DNA of 64,000 nucleotides from an uncultured Planctomycetaceae bacterium (GCA_964401385.1 CAYNYF010000002.1:25046-89045), one strand, 5' to 3'; shown: positions 17,474 to 26,548, counted from the stretch's first letter. Translations and numbers: made by a program. Notes: generated by a model not told the origin, from the letters alone.

Positions 17474-18711
17474 ACCAGGGCGACGAGAAAACCTTGCTGC
17501 TCTCAGATAAGCATGTGGCCGCCGAGCTGGCGTCGCTGATGCCCTCGGAGGACTTCGTGCACCGGGCCGACGCCTATGACGCCCTGGAGGAGCTCGCCCG
17601 CAGGGGGTATCGAGCGGTGATCCTTACCCACCCGTATCCGGAATTCGCCGCCCTGGTTCAGGCGATTCGCCGCCTCCAGCCGGCCGCGGCGACCTTTGCG
17701 ATGTGCTCGCCGGGCGGCGAGGCCAACCTGCGCCTCCTGGGCTTGAAGGAACTGGACGATTATTTCATCTACCCGCCTTCCAGGGCCGAACTCGAACGGG
17801 CCCTGCACCCCGGTCGGCCGGGCGTGCCGCCGGCCGGGGCCGCCCCCGAGCGGGCCGACCTGGCCCCGCAGGAAATCGTGCAGTTGGTTGAAGCGGCTAA
17901 CTCCGTGGCCGACCTTGCCGAACAGGTTCAGCGGCTGGTGGGCAAATGGACCGGCCTGAACGTCCGCTGGGCCGGCGCGAACGAAGACCCCGGCGGCGGC
18001 GAGGAGCTCCTGCTGCTCGATGGTGATCCACCGTCGGTCCTGGTTACCGACAAGCCGGGTCAACTGGCGCCCGGGCTGCGGAGGAAACTTCAGACGCTGC
18101 AAATCCTCCTCGGACCCGTGGCCGGACAGGCCCGCCGGACCGAGACACTCCACCGGCTAGCCATTACCGATTACCTCACCGGTGCCTACAACCGGCGGTA
18201 CTTCTACCGCTTCACGGATCAACTGCTGGGGCGGGCACAGTCCCAGCGGTCGCGGGTGACGCTGCTGCTGTTCGACATCGACGACTTCAAGCGCTACAAC
18301 GACGCCTACAGCCATGCCGCCGGCGATCAGATCCTCCGGGAGGCGACCGCGCTGATGAGGCAGGTCACCCGGGAGCACGACATCGTCGCCCGCATCGGGG
18401 GCGACGAGTTCGCCGTCCTGTTCTGGGACGCCGAGCCCCCTCGCCGGCCCGACAGCCAGCATCCGCAGGAGGCCTTCGCCCTGGCCGGCCGGTTCGTGGA
18501 TGCCCTGGCCAAACACGAGTTCGACTCCCTTGGCCCCGAGGCAAAGGGCGTGCTGACGATCTCCGGCGGGCTGGCAACGTTCCCCTGGGACGGGAACACT
18601 TGCCGGGAACTGCTGCGACACGCCGACGGGGCCCTCCACCAGGCCAAGGAGTCGGGCAAGAACGCCATCTACCTGGTCGGGCGGGGGCCGATCAATCAGG
18701 CTCTGCAATAG
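17470..18711 (+). CDS. Diguanylate cyclase (GGDEF domain) with an N-terminal degenerate receiver domain
   Basis: 413 aa. ITDYLTGAYNRRYF...LLLFDIDDFKRYND...RIGGDEFAVLF, the GGDEF active site with I-site RxxD. The N-terminal REC-like domain reads RAVILTH where the phospho-acceptor Asp is expected. Confidence 0.85.
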   Translation: MNQGDEKTLLLSDKHVAAELASLMPSEDFVHRADAYDALEELARRGYRAVILTHPYPEFAALVQAIRRLQPAAATFAMCSPGGEANLRLLGLKELDDYFIYPPSRAELERALHPGRPGVPPAGAAPERADLAPQEIVQLVEAANSVADLAEQVQRLVGKWTGLNVRWAGANEDPGGGEELLLLDGDPPSVLVTDKPGQLAPGLRRKLQTLQILLGPVAGQARRTETLHRLAITDYLTGAYNRRYFYRFTDQLLGRAQSQRSRVTLLLFDIDDFKRYNDAYSHAAGDQILREATALMRQVTREHDIVARIGGDEFAVLFWDAEPPRRPDSQHPQEAFALAGRFVDALAKHEFDSLGPEAKGVLTISGGLATFPWDGNTCRELLRHADGALHQAKESGKNAIYLVGRGPINQALQ

Positions 18712-18784
18712 TAGGCCCGCCTGGAGAAAGCATAGCGGCCGGCCCGGACGATGGCACGGGCGGCCATGCGGGGCAACCGGCCTG

Positions 18785-19762
18785 CTAGCGACTGTCCTCG
18801 AAGTGCCGCCAGACCTTTATCGCGTAGGAGGCGAAGTACGCCCCGTCGTCAGCGATCGCGCCCGGCTGGGTCAGGCAGTTGGCCGCAACGGTCCCGTCGT
18901 CGCGCAGAGTCCGGACCGCGCCGTTACCGTACAAGACGTTGAACTTCTCGGCGTGGCACCATCCGGCGCGGACCTCGTAGGCGATCAGGCCCGTCTTGGG
19001 CACGGGCGGCTTGGAGTAATCCTGATACCAGAACGTATCCGCCATGACCGGCACGTCCACCCAGTTGACCGTGCGCGCCTGGTCGGTGTCAGGATCGATC
19101 TCGCGATAACTGACGTCCGTCCGCAGGTACGGCACGGTCACCAGGTCCTTGCCGACGGGAAATGGAAAGCCGCTACCCGCTTCTATGTAGATCCCCAGCA
19201 GGCCGAGGCCGCTCCAGTTGGCCAGCTTGGGCACCTGGTCGAAGATGTCTTCGCTGTAGAGCATGCGCAGGCAATAGGTGCTGAACTTGGAACTGTAGGG
19301 AAAGTAACTTTTCGTCGGGTCGTCGGGCGAGCATTCGGCTCCCGGACAGATCAAGTGTCTCCGCGCAACCAGCCCGTCGGCCACGAGCCGTCCGAGATTG
19401 ACGTTTTCCACGGCGTGCCGGGAGAAACAGTCCGGATCGCCGCTTTGACTCATCCCGCCCCAGTGCCCGCTGAGCGGGAGATTGCCCAAGTAGTCGCTGA
19501 AGGCAAAGCCGGGAAGCCGGTTCCGACGGCTGGCAGTGTAATGGTTCAGTCCGACGGACACGGCTCGCATCTGGACGGCGCAGGCCGCCAGCCTGGCTTG
19601 CGCCTTGACCTCCGAAAGCGACGGGAGCAGCACCGCCACCAGCAGCGCGATCACGGTCAGGACGACCAGCAGCTCGATGAGGGTGAAACCGAGGCGCCGG
19701 CAACCGGCCGTATCCTGGACTACGGACCTCGCCGGCGCCTGAAATGACCGTCGGCCAAACAC
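18785..19762 (-). CDS. Prepilin-type N-terminal cleavage/methylation domain protein (DUF1559 family, planctomycete-type pseudopilin)
   Basis: 325 aa. GFTLIELLVVLTVIALLVAVLLPSL prepilin leader/TM, followed by a DUF1559-like body. Confidence 0.75.
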   Translation of the reverse strand: MFGRRSFQAPARSVVQDTAGCRRLGFTLIELLVVLTVIALLVAVLLPSLSEVKAQARLAACAVQMRAVSVGLNHYTASRRNRLPGFAFSDYLGNLPLSGHWGGMSQSGDPDCFSRHAVENVNLGRLVADGLVARRHLICPGAECSPDDPTKSYFPYSSKFSTYCLRMLYSEDIFDQVPKLANWSGLGLLGIYIEAGSGFPFPVGKDLVTVPYLRTDVSYREIDPDTDQARTVNWVDVPVMADTFWYQDYSKPPVPKTGLIAYEVRAGWCHAEKFNVLYGNGAVRTLRDDGTVAANCLTQPGAIADDGAYFASYAIKVWRHFEDSR

Positions 19763-19950
19763 CCTAGATCACGCCTTTCAGAATTGCAGACCCCTGTAGG
19801 ATCAGGTGCTGCGTCGGTGGTGTCAACATTATGTCACCCTAAATCGCCGCCGTTGGCGCAAAGCTTGTGTGTGATGGCGTTTTCGCCGCTCTCGGCGGCC
19901 GTGATTGCCGGGCGCGACAAAACTCGGGATGAGTTCAATCCGCCAGGCAG

Positions 19951-19979
19951 TTGACTGGCGGGCCTCCGGCCGCTATCTT
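19951..19979 (+). promoter_or_regulatory. Sigma-70-like promoter TTGACT-N17-TATCTT upstream of the STAS gene
   Basis: ttgact ggcgggcctccggccgc tatctt, 36 nt upstream of the ATG at 20015. Confidence 0.3.
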
Positions 19980-20014
19980 GTTAGTCAGTCCTCCAGCAAC
20001 AGGAACGAAAGCGC

Positions 20015-20365
20015 ATGACGATTCAGAATTGGTCAGACGAAATTATTGTTGCCGAGATGGCCGACGACCCTCAGTTTGCCGACGAGATGGCGGCTCTGGC
20101 GGAGATGCTTGCCGGAAAGGGCGCCAACGTCGTGCTGAACCTGGGAGCTGTCAGTTTCATCAACTCATCGAGCATTTCCAGGCTGCTTCGCCTGCGAAAG
20201 CAGATGCTCGCCAGCGGCAAGCGACTGATCATTTGCGGCGTCAATGACCAGGTCGGGGGCGTCTTCGTGGTGACGGGACTGGACAATATCTTTGAGTTCA
20301 CCAAGGACGTGGCGACCGCCCTGACGAAGTTGCAGCTCGCCCAGGGCCAAGCGACCACGAGTTGA
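20015..20365 (+). CDS. STAS-domain anti-sigma-factor antagonist (SpoIIAA-like)
   Basis: 116 aa. VVLNLGAVSFINSSSISRLLRLRKQMLASGKRLIICGVNDQV, the STAS fold pattern with the conserved Ser. Confidence 0.75.
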   Translation: MTIQNWSDEIIVAEMADDPQFADEMAALAEMLAGKGANVVLNLGAVSFINSSSISRLLRLRKQMLASGKRLIICGVNDQVGGVFVVTGLDNIFEFTKDVATALTKLQLAQGQATTS

Positions 20366-20454
20366 TGGCGGCACGGCCGGTGAGTCGGCGCCAAAGGCGG
20401 CCTCGGGCCCGATCCGGCTGGCCGATGTCCTCGCTGCTGGCGGCTCATTTAGGC

Positions 20455-20482
20455 TTGCATCGGACGCGCCGGGGGCTATAAT
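20455..20482 (+). promoter_or_regulatory. Sigma-70-like promoter TTGCAT-N16-TATAAT for rpsU
   Basis: ttgcat cggacgcgccgggggc tataat, ~45 nt upstream of the rpsU ATG. Consensus -10. Confidence 0.45.
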
Positions 20483-20529
20483 TCTGCTTTTCGGGCGGTT
20501 AGCCAAGAGAAAGGAACCGTGGATTTAGC

Positions 20530-20739
20530 ATGATCAGGGTCAAGGCCAGAGGCAACGAATCGGTGGAGCAGATGTTGCGCCGGTTCAAGAAGATGTGTGA
20601 GAAGGAAGGTCTTACGAAGGACATCAAGCGCACCAGCTATTACGAGAAGCCTTCGGAACGACGCCGTCGCCGCATGCGCAAGAGCGTGAAGCGGCAAATG
20701 CAGGATGATAAGGGACGAGGCGGCCCGCGCTTTAGGTAA
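20530..20739 (+). CDS. rpsU: 30S ribosomal protein S21
   Basis: 69 aa. MIRVKARGNESVEQMLRRFKKMCEKEGLTKDIKRTSYYEKPSERRRRRMRK, the canonical bS21 sequence. Confidence 0.9.
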   Translation: MIRVKARGNESVEQMLRRFKKMCEKEGLTKDIKRTSYYEKPSERRRRRMRKSVKRQMQDDKGRGGPRFR

Positions 20740-21027
20740 AGAGTCAGGGAGACCATCAATCCACGAGCCCGGCCGCGGACGCCCCAGGCGCGCCGGACGG
20801 CATTCAGCGAAGTCTTCGGGGCTTGCCGCGCGGCGCCATGAGTTTTTCCCGGAAGGCTCCGCGATGCTGAGCTAGTTTTCGCCTCCCGATCTCCCTGAAA
20901 CGCTCGACATCACTCTCCAGCGCCGCGAGGAGCCGTCTTTCCGGGCTTCGCCCGGGGACCCCCGGGGCAGGCGGTGGCTCGACCGGCGGAAGGCAATGAG
21001 GCAGCAACGGCATAAAGGAATATCGCT

Positions 21028-23772
21028 GTGATGGTAGAAGTCGACTCCGGTGCCCGCCGCAATCTCATTTTGTTGGGTCTTCTCGCCAGCTTGGTCGTGT
21101 TGGGCGTGGCCGGTGCCGCCGTAGCTGACGACGGTGCGGGGGGATCGTCCGCTGTCAGCTTGTCGGACTTCTCTCGTTGGCACCCCATCTTGATCTGGTG
21201 GGTGGCGCCGATCGGGTCGCTGGTTGCCCTGCTTTTCGCCTGGCTGTTCTACCGGCAGGTCAAGAGGGCCAACGAGGGCGATGAGAACATGAAGGCCATC
21301 GCCAAATACGTCCGCGAAGGCGCGTACGCCTACTTGAAGCGTCAGTACAAAGTCGTCCTCGTGTTTTTCATCATCATGTCGGCGGTCCTGGCCGTGATGG
21401 GCCTGATCGGCGTGCAGCACCAGATCGTCTTTGTGGCGTTCCTGAGCGGGGGGTTCTTTTCGGGTCTGTGCGGCTTTTTCGGGATGAAGACCGCCACCAT
21501 GGCCTCCAACCGCGCCACCCAGGGCGCCAAGGAGAGTCTTAACCGCGGGTTGCAGGTGGCCTTCCGTGCAGGGGCGGTCATGGGGCTGGTGGTGGTGGGC
21601 TTCGGGCTGCTGGACATCAGCATGTGGTTCCTGATCCTGACCCAGTTTTCTCCCTGGCTGTACGGTGTGATGGGATGGGGTCCCTTCGAGATGTCCCTGG
21701 TGGAAGTGACGGTGGTGATGCTGACGTTCGGGATGGGGGCCAGCTCGCAGGCGTTGTTCGCCCGGGTCGGCGGGGGGATCTTCACCAAGGCGGCCGACGT
21801 CGGGGCCGACCTGGTCGGCAAGGTGGAGGCGGGCATCCCCGAGGACGACTCCCGCAACCCGGCTACCATCGCCGATAACGTCGGCGACAACGTCGGGGAC
21901 GTCGCCGGCATGGGGGCGGACCTGTACGAGAGCTACTGCGGCTCGATCCTGGCCACGGCCGCTCTGGGCGTGGCGGCGGCGACCTCGCTGACACTGGGCT
22001 TTGACGGCCAGATGCGACTGCTGGCGGCGCCGATGGTGCTGGCGGGCATCGGCATCGCCCTTTCCATCGTCGGCATTTTCATGGTCCGCACCCGCGAAGG
22101 GGCATCCATGAAGCAGCTCCTGGGCGCCCTGGGATTGGGCGTGAACGGCTCGACCGTTCTGATCGCCGGCGCCGCCGGGGCGGTCTGCTGGGTGCTGCTG
22201 AGCGGGATTCATCCGGACCTGCACTGGTGGGGCGTCTGGCTTTCGATCGTCAGCGGACTGCTCGCCGGCCTGGTCATCGGCAAGAGCGCCGAATACTACA
22301 CCAGCTACGACTACAAGCCGACCCGGGGCATCGCCGAGCAGTCCGAGACGGGTCCGGCGACGGTCATCATCGGCGGCGTCGCCGAGGGCATGAAGAGTAC
22401 CTGGGCGGCGCTGGCGACGGTGATCGTGGCCATCATGTGTGCCTACGCCTTCGCCGGCGGCTTCTCCAGCCCGCCGCTGGGTCTGTACGGGGTGGGCATC
22501 GCGGCCGTGGGAATGCTGGCGACACTGGGTATCACCCTGGCGACCGACGCCTACGGCCCCATCGCCGACAACGCCGGGGGCAACGCCGAGATGACGCACC
22601 AGCCGCCGGAGGTTCGTCAGCGGACCGACGCCCTGGACTCACTTGGTAACACCACGGCCGCGACGGGCAAGGGCTTCGCCATCGGCTCGGCCGCCCTGAC
22701 CGCGCTGGCCCTGCTGGCCGCCTACGTCGAGGAGGTCCGCGTCGGTCAGAACCGCCAGGCAATGACCGCCATCGTCAAGTACATGCCCGAGGCGAAGACC
22801 GACCCCGCGGCCGGGTTGGGCAAACTGTTCTATCTGGGCAAGAGAAAGTTCGGCGTGAAGATTAAGGAAGGCGTCAGGCAGGGCTGCTTCGGCGCGTTCA
22901 TGGCCGGGTCGCCCGTGCCCGAGAATTTGCGCGTCGGCCCGCTCAACGTCAAGCCCAGCAAGCCCATCTCGCCGGAACAATCGACGATAATGGTGATAAC
23001 GCCCAAGACCGAAAAGGACTTCAACACTTTCAAAACCGGCTATGAGCGCGCGCCCGACAGAGTGGGCCCTGCCTACGTGATGCCCCCTGACCCGGGGCTG
23101 AAGATCGAGGACGACCGGGTGATTTGCACGCTCGTCTCCACCCGCAAGGCCGGCCTGGGGCGGTTCATGAGCTTTTACGACGTGACGTTGATGAACCCCA
23201 AGGTTCTGTGTGGTCTGTTCTCCGGGGCGCTGCTGGTGTTCCTGTTCAGCGCCCTGACGATGAAGGCCGTCGGCCGGGCCGCCAACGCGATGGTCAAGGA
23301 GGTCCGCCGGCAGTTCAAGGAGATCCCCGGCATTATGGAGGGCACCGCAAAGCCGGATTATGCCCGCTGCGTGGCTATTTCCACGGCCGGGGCGCAGAGG
23401 GAAATGGTCCTGCCTTCGCTGCTGGCGCTGATCGTGCCGGTGGCGGTGGGGCTGCTGCTGGACGTGGGCGGCGTTCTGGGCCTGCTGGCGGGGGGGCTGA
23501 CCTGCGGCTTCGCCATGGCGATCTTCATGGCAAACGCCGGCGGGGCGTGGGACAATGCTAAGAAGTGGATTGAGACGGGCCAGCTCGGCGGCAAGGGCTC
23601 CGACAACCACAAGGCCGCCATCGTGGGCGATACTGTGGGCGATCCGTTCAAGGACACCTCCGGGCCGAGCCTGAACATCCTGATCAAGCTGATGAGCATG
23701 GTTTCGGTGGTCTTCGCCGGCATGACCGTCAAGTACGGTGCCCAGATCGCCGAGTGGCTGCACCTGCAATAA
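21028..23772 (+). CDS. hppA: Membrane-bound proton-translocating pyrophosphatase (H+-PPase) with an unusually long internal loop
   Basis: 914 aa. GIPEDDSRNPATIADNVGDNVGDVAGMGADLYESY and GDTVGDPFKDTSGPSLNILIKLMS signature motifs; multiple TM helices; ~150-aa insertion around residues 570-725. Confidence 0.9.
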   Translation: MMVEVDSGARRNLILLGLLASLVVLGVAGAAVADDGAGGSSAVSLSDFSRWHPILIWWVAPIGSLVALLFAWLFYRQVKRANEGDENMKAIAKYVREGAYAYLKRQYKVVLVFFIIMSAVLAVMGLIGVQHQIVFVAFLSGGFFSGLCGFFGMKTATMASNRATQGAKESLNRGLQVAFRAGAVMGLVVVGFGLLDISMWFLILTQFSPWLYGVMGWGPFEMSLVEVTVVMLTFGMGASSQALFARVGGGIFTKAADVGADLVGKVEAGIPEDDSRNPATIADNVGDNVGDVAGMGADLYESYCGSILATAALGVAAATSLTLGFDGQMRLLAAPMVLAGIGIALSIVGIFMVRTREGASMKQLLGALGLGVNGSTVLIAGAAGAVCWVLLSGIHPDLHWWGVWLSIVSGLLAGLVIGKSAEYYTSYDYKPTRGIAEQSETGPATVIIGGVAEGMKSTWAALATVIVAIMCAYAFAGGFSSPPLGLYGVGIAAVGMLATLGITLATDAYGPIADNAGGNAEMTHQPPEVRQRTDALDSLGNTTAATGKGFAIGSAALTALALLAAYVEEVRVGQNRQAMTAIVKYMPEAKTDPAAGLGKLFYLGKRKFGVKIKEGVRQGCFGAFMAGSPVPENLRVGPLNVKPSKPISPEQSTIMVITPKTEKDFNTFKTGYERAPDRVGPAYVMPPDPGLKIEDDRVICTLVSTRKAGLGRFMSFYDVTLMNPKVLCGLFSGALLVFLFSALTMKAVGRAANAMVKEVRRQFKEIPGIMEGTAKPDYARCVAISTAGAQREMVLPSLLALIVPVAVGLLLDVGGVLGLLAGGLTCGFAMAIFMANAGGAWDNAKKWIETGQLGGKGSDNHKAAIVGDTVGDPFKDTSGPSLNILIKLMSMVSVVFAGMTVKYGAQIAEWLHLQ

Positions 23773-23835
23773 TGCGTCGAGAGCGCGAGACGCCGGTCGA
23801 ACCGGCCGGCGGACCGGGCGAACAATACCTCAGGA

Positions 23836-24282
23836 ATGTCCACGGACCCGGCAGACATACGCCGCGTGAAGAAACCCAAGCCGCGGCCCCCCTCGCCGCG
23901 TCGGTTGGCGGTTGAGATTGCCCGAACGGCGCATGACCGGCACTGCGTCGACATCGCGGTGCTGGATTTGCGCGGGATCAGCCCGGTGACGGATTACTTC
24001 GTGATCTGCACGGGCACCTCCGACCGGCAGATGCGTTCCGTTGCCGAGGAGGTGGTCACCGAGGCGGCCAAATCCGGCCAGCCGGTGTACAACGTTGCGG
24101 GGCTGGATTCGACCAAGTGGGTCCTGCTGGACTTCGTGGACGTGGTGGTACACATCTTCGACGCGGAATACAGGCGGCATTACGACCTGGAACTGATCTG
24201 GGGAGACGCCCGATCGGTCAGTTGGCGGCCGCCGCAGAGAAGGCACGCCAAAGACGCGAAAGGGAACGGCGATGGATCTTGA
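23836..24282 (+). CDS. rsfS: Ribosomal silencing factor RsfS (Iojap family)
   Basis: 148 aa. CVDIAVLDLRGISPVTDYFVICTGTSDRQMRSVAEEV...WVLLDFVDVVVHIF, the RsfS/DUF143 core. Confidence 0.8.
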   Translation: MSTDPADIRRVKKPKPRPPSPRRLAVEIARTAHDRHCVDIAVLDLRGISPVTDYFVICTGTSDRQMRSVAEEVVTEAAKSGQPVYNVAGLDSTKWVLLDFVDVVVHIFDAEYRRHYDLELIWGDARSVSWRPPQRRHAKDAKGNGDGS

Positions 24283-24613
24283 GCAGCAACTGAGAGAGGA
24301 GTTCCGCCGGGCCATCGACGAACTGGTCAAGCCGCCCGTGCTGGTGGGGGCGAATTGGCTTCGGTCGTGCCCCAGCGGCAAGCCGGCCGATTTCCAGTTC
24401 ATGGGCACGGGAAAGATGGCCAAGGCCACCGGCAAAGCGCCCAGGCGCATTGCACGCGGCCTCCTGAAGATAGTGAAGCTCAAGGAAATAGGACTGCGGG
24501 CCGAGCTCGCGCCCAACGGGACCATCAACCTCTGGAAGGTCAAGTCGCCCAAGAAGCCCCCATCCGGGAGCAAGGAAAAGAAAGGGTCCCAGGCCGAAAA
24601 CGGCAAGCCGTAA
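24272..24613 (+). CDS. Standalone paralog of the arginyl-tRNA synthetase N-terminal (tRNA D-loop-binding) domain, with a Lys-rich C-terminal tail
   Basis: 113 aa. LREEFRRAI...KPADFQFMGTGKMAKATGKAPRRIARGLLKI...AELAPNGTINLW aligns colinearly with ArgS residues 1-87 (LEDRLRDAL...RPEFGDYQANGVMPAAKAIGTNPRKLAEKVL...AEVAGPGFINIRL). Tail KVKSPKKPPSGSKEKKGSQAENGKP. Same reading frame as argS, separated by TAA plus 4 codons. Confidence 0.55.
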   Translation: MDLEQQLREEFRRAIDELVKPPVLVGANWLRSCPSGKPADFQFMGTGKMAKATGKAPRRIARGLLKIVKLKEIGLRAELAPNGTINLWKVKSPKKPPSGSKEKKGSQAENGKP

Positions 24614-24625
24614 GCGTCCGCTCGC

Positions 24626-26467
24626 ATGAACATTCGTCGGCAGCTTGAAGATCGTCTGCGAGACGCCCTCGCGACCGCCACGGGCAAGCCGGACCTTCCC
24701 GCCCTCATCACCCCGTCAACCCGCCCGGAATTCGGCGACTATCAGGCCAATGGCGTGATGCCCGCGGCCAAGGCGATCGGCACCAACCCGCGCAAGCTCG
24801 CGGAGAAGGTGCTGGCCGCCGCCGGTCTGTCCGATCTGGCCGAAAGCGCCGAGGTCGCCGGGCCGGGGTTCATCAACATCCGCCTCGGCGACGACTGGCT
24901 GGGGCAGCGACTCGTCGAACTGGCCGGCGACGGACGCCTGGGAGCGGAGAGCCCCGACAGGCCGCAGACGATCGTGGTCGACTATTCCGCCCCCAACCTC
25001 GCCAAGGAGATGCACGTCGGCCACCTTCGCTCCACCATCATCGGAGACGCCCTGACTCGCGTCCTGGAGTTCCTCGGCCACAACGTCATCCGACAGAACC
25101 ACGTCGGCGACTGGGGAACGCAGTTCGGGATGCTCGTGGCGAACTGGGACGACATGGTCCGGGGCAAGACGAGGGCGCCGGACGGAGATTACGGTCCGAA
25201 GTCCGCCTACGTCGGAATCGAAGACATGGAGGAGTTCTATCGAGAGGCAAAGAAGAAGTTCGACACGGACCCCGAGTTCCAGGCCCGCGCCCGACAAGCC
25301 GTGGTCGACCTTCAGACCGGCAAACAACAAGTGCTGGGCAAATGGCAGAAGGTCGTCTCGGAATCGCTTTCGCACGTCGCAACGGTGTATCGTCGCGTTG
25401 GAGTCGGACTCTACGAAGACCACGAGCGCGGGGAGAGCTACTACGGCGGACTCGTCCGGGATGAATTCGGAGGACACAAGTACTTACCCGGACGGAATAT
25501 GCTGCCAAAGGTTGTCGAGGCCCTGCGGGCCAAGGGCCTGCTGGAAGAGTCCGAGGGCGCCCAGTGCGTTTTCGTCGATGAGTTCAAGGGCAAGGACGGC
25601 GAGCGGCTGCCGCTGATCGTCCAGAAGTCGGATGAAGGGTATCTCTATTCCACGACGGACCTTGCGGCGATTTGGTTCCGCTGTGGGAAGGGCCAAGCCG
25701 CCGGGCAGGTCGATTGGAAGGCGGATCGGATCCTGTACGTGGTGGACGCCCGGCAGAGCCTGCACTTCCGCATGGTCTTCGCCGTCGCCCGCGCCGCCGG
25801 CTTCGCCCCGGAGGCGGTCCGCCTGGAGCACGTGGCCTTCGGGACGATGATGGGCGCTGACGGCCGGCCGTTCAAGACCCGTGAAGGCGGAACGGTCAAG
25901 CTTATCGACCTGCTGGACGAGGGCGAGAGCCGGGCAAAGGCCGTGGTCTTGGAAAAGAACCCCGAGCTGAATGGCGACGCGCGGGCCGACGAGATCGCCC
26001 GCATCGTCGGCATCGGTGCGATCAAGTACGCCGACCTGTCCCAGAACCGCACCAGTGACTACGTCTTCAGCTTCGACAAGATGCTCGCCCTGGACGGCAA
26101 CACCGCCCCGTACATGCAGTACGCCTACGCCCGGATCCGCAGCATTTTCCGCAAGGGCGGTGAGACCGATTTCGACCCGGCCGGCGTGAAAATCGCCCTG
26201 GCCGCCCCGGCCGAACGAGTTCTGGCAGTCAAGCTGCTGCAATTCCCCGAGACGCTCCAGGCCGTTGCCGACGAGTGCCTGCCGAACCTCCTGTGCGCCT
26301 ACCTGTACGACCTCGCCGTCGCCCTTACCAGGTTCTACGAGAACTGCCCCGTGCTCCAATCCCCCGAGCCGGTTCGCTCCAGCCGGCTGGCGCTGTGCGC
26401 CTTGACGGCCGGCCTCATCCGCACCGGGCTGGACCTCCTCGGCATCCAGACCGTCGAGCAGATGTAG
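24626..26467 (+). CDS. argS: Arginine--tRNA ligase
   Basis: 613 aa. Class I HIGH motif (PNLAKEMHVGHLRSTIIGD), anticodon-binding C-terminal domain, N-terminal Arg_tRNA_synt_N-like domain. Confidence 0.9.
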   Translation: MNIRRQLEDRLRDALATATGKPDLPALITPSTRPEFGDYQANGVMPAAKAIGTNPRKLAEKVLAAAGLSDLAESAEVAGPGFINIRLGDDWLGQRLVELAGDGRLGAESPDRPQTIVVDYSAPNLAKEMHVGHLRSTIIGDALTRVLEFLGHNVIRQNHVGDWGTQFGMLVANWDDMVRGKTRAPDGDYGPKSAYVGIEDMEEFYREAKKKFDTDPEFQARARQAVVDLQTGKQQVLGKWQKVVSESLSHVATVYRRVGVGLYEDHERGESYYGGLVRDEFGGHKYLPGRNMLPKVVEALRAKGLLEESEGAQCVFVDEFKGKDGERLPLIVQKSDEGYLYSTTDLAAIWFRCGKGQAAGQVDWKADRILYVVDARQSLHFRMVFAVARAAGFAPEAVRLEHVAFGTMMGADGRPFKTREGGTVKLIDLLDEGESRAKAVVLEKNPELNGDARADEIARIVGIGAIKYADLSQNRTSDYVFSFDKMLALDGNTAPYMQYAYARIRSIFRKGGETDFDPAGVKIALAAPAERVLAVKLLQFPETLQAVADECLPNLLCAYLYDLAVALTRFYENCPVLQSPEPVRSSRLALCALTAGLIRTGLDLLGIQTVEQM

Positions 26468-26506
26468 TCGAGCCCTCCGGCTCCGGCCGGCTGTGTCGGG
26501 CGGCGG

Positions 26507-26530
26507 CATGCTTCTGGAAGCAGAAGCATG
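26507..26530 (+). terminator. Perfect 10-bp stem / 4-nt loop hairpin (CATGCTTCTG-gaag-CAGAAGCATG) 40 nt downstream of the argS stop
   Basis: Inverted repeat read directly from the sequence. There is only a short T-run afterwards (gtcttt), so rho-independent termination is unproven. Confidence 0.3.
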
Positions 26531-26548
26531 GCACCATCGCCCTAAGTC

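Noticed and set aside
19900-19950. tRNA-like T-loop string gagttcaatcc in the pseudopilin/STAS intergenic region
   Set aside because: No acceptor, D or anticodon stems can be formed around it. No tRNA or rRNA genes are evident anywhere in the window.
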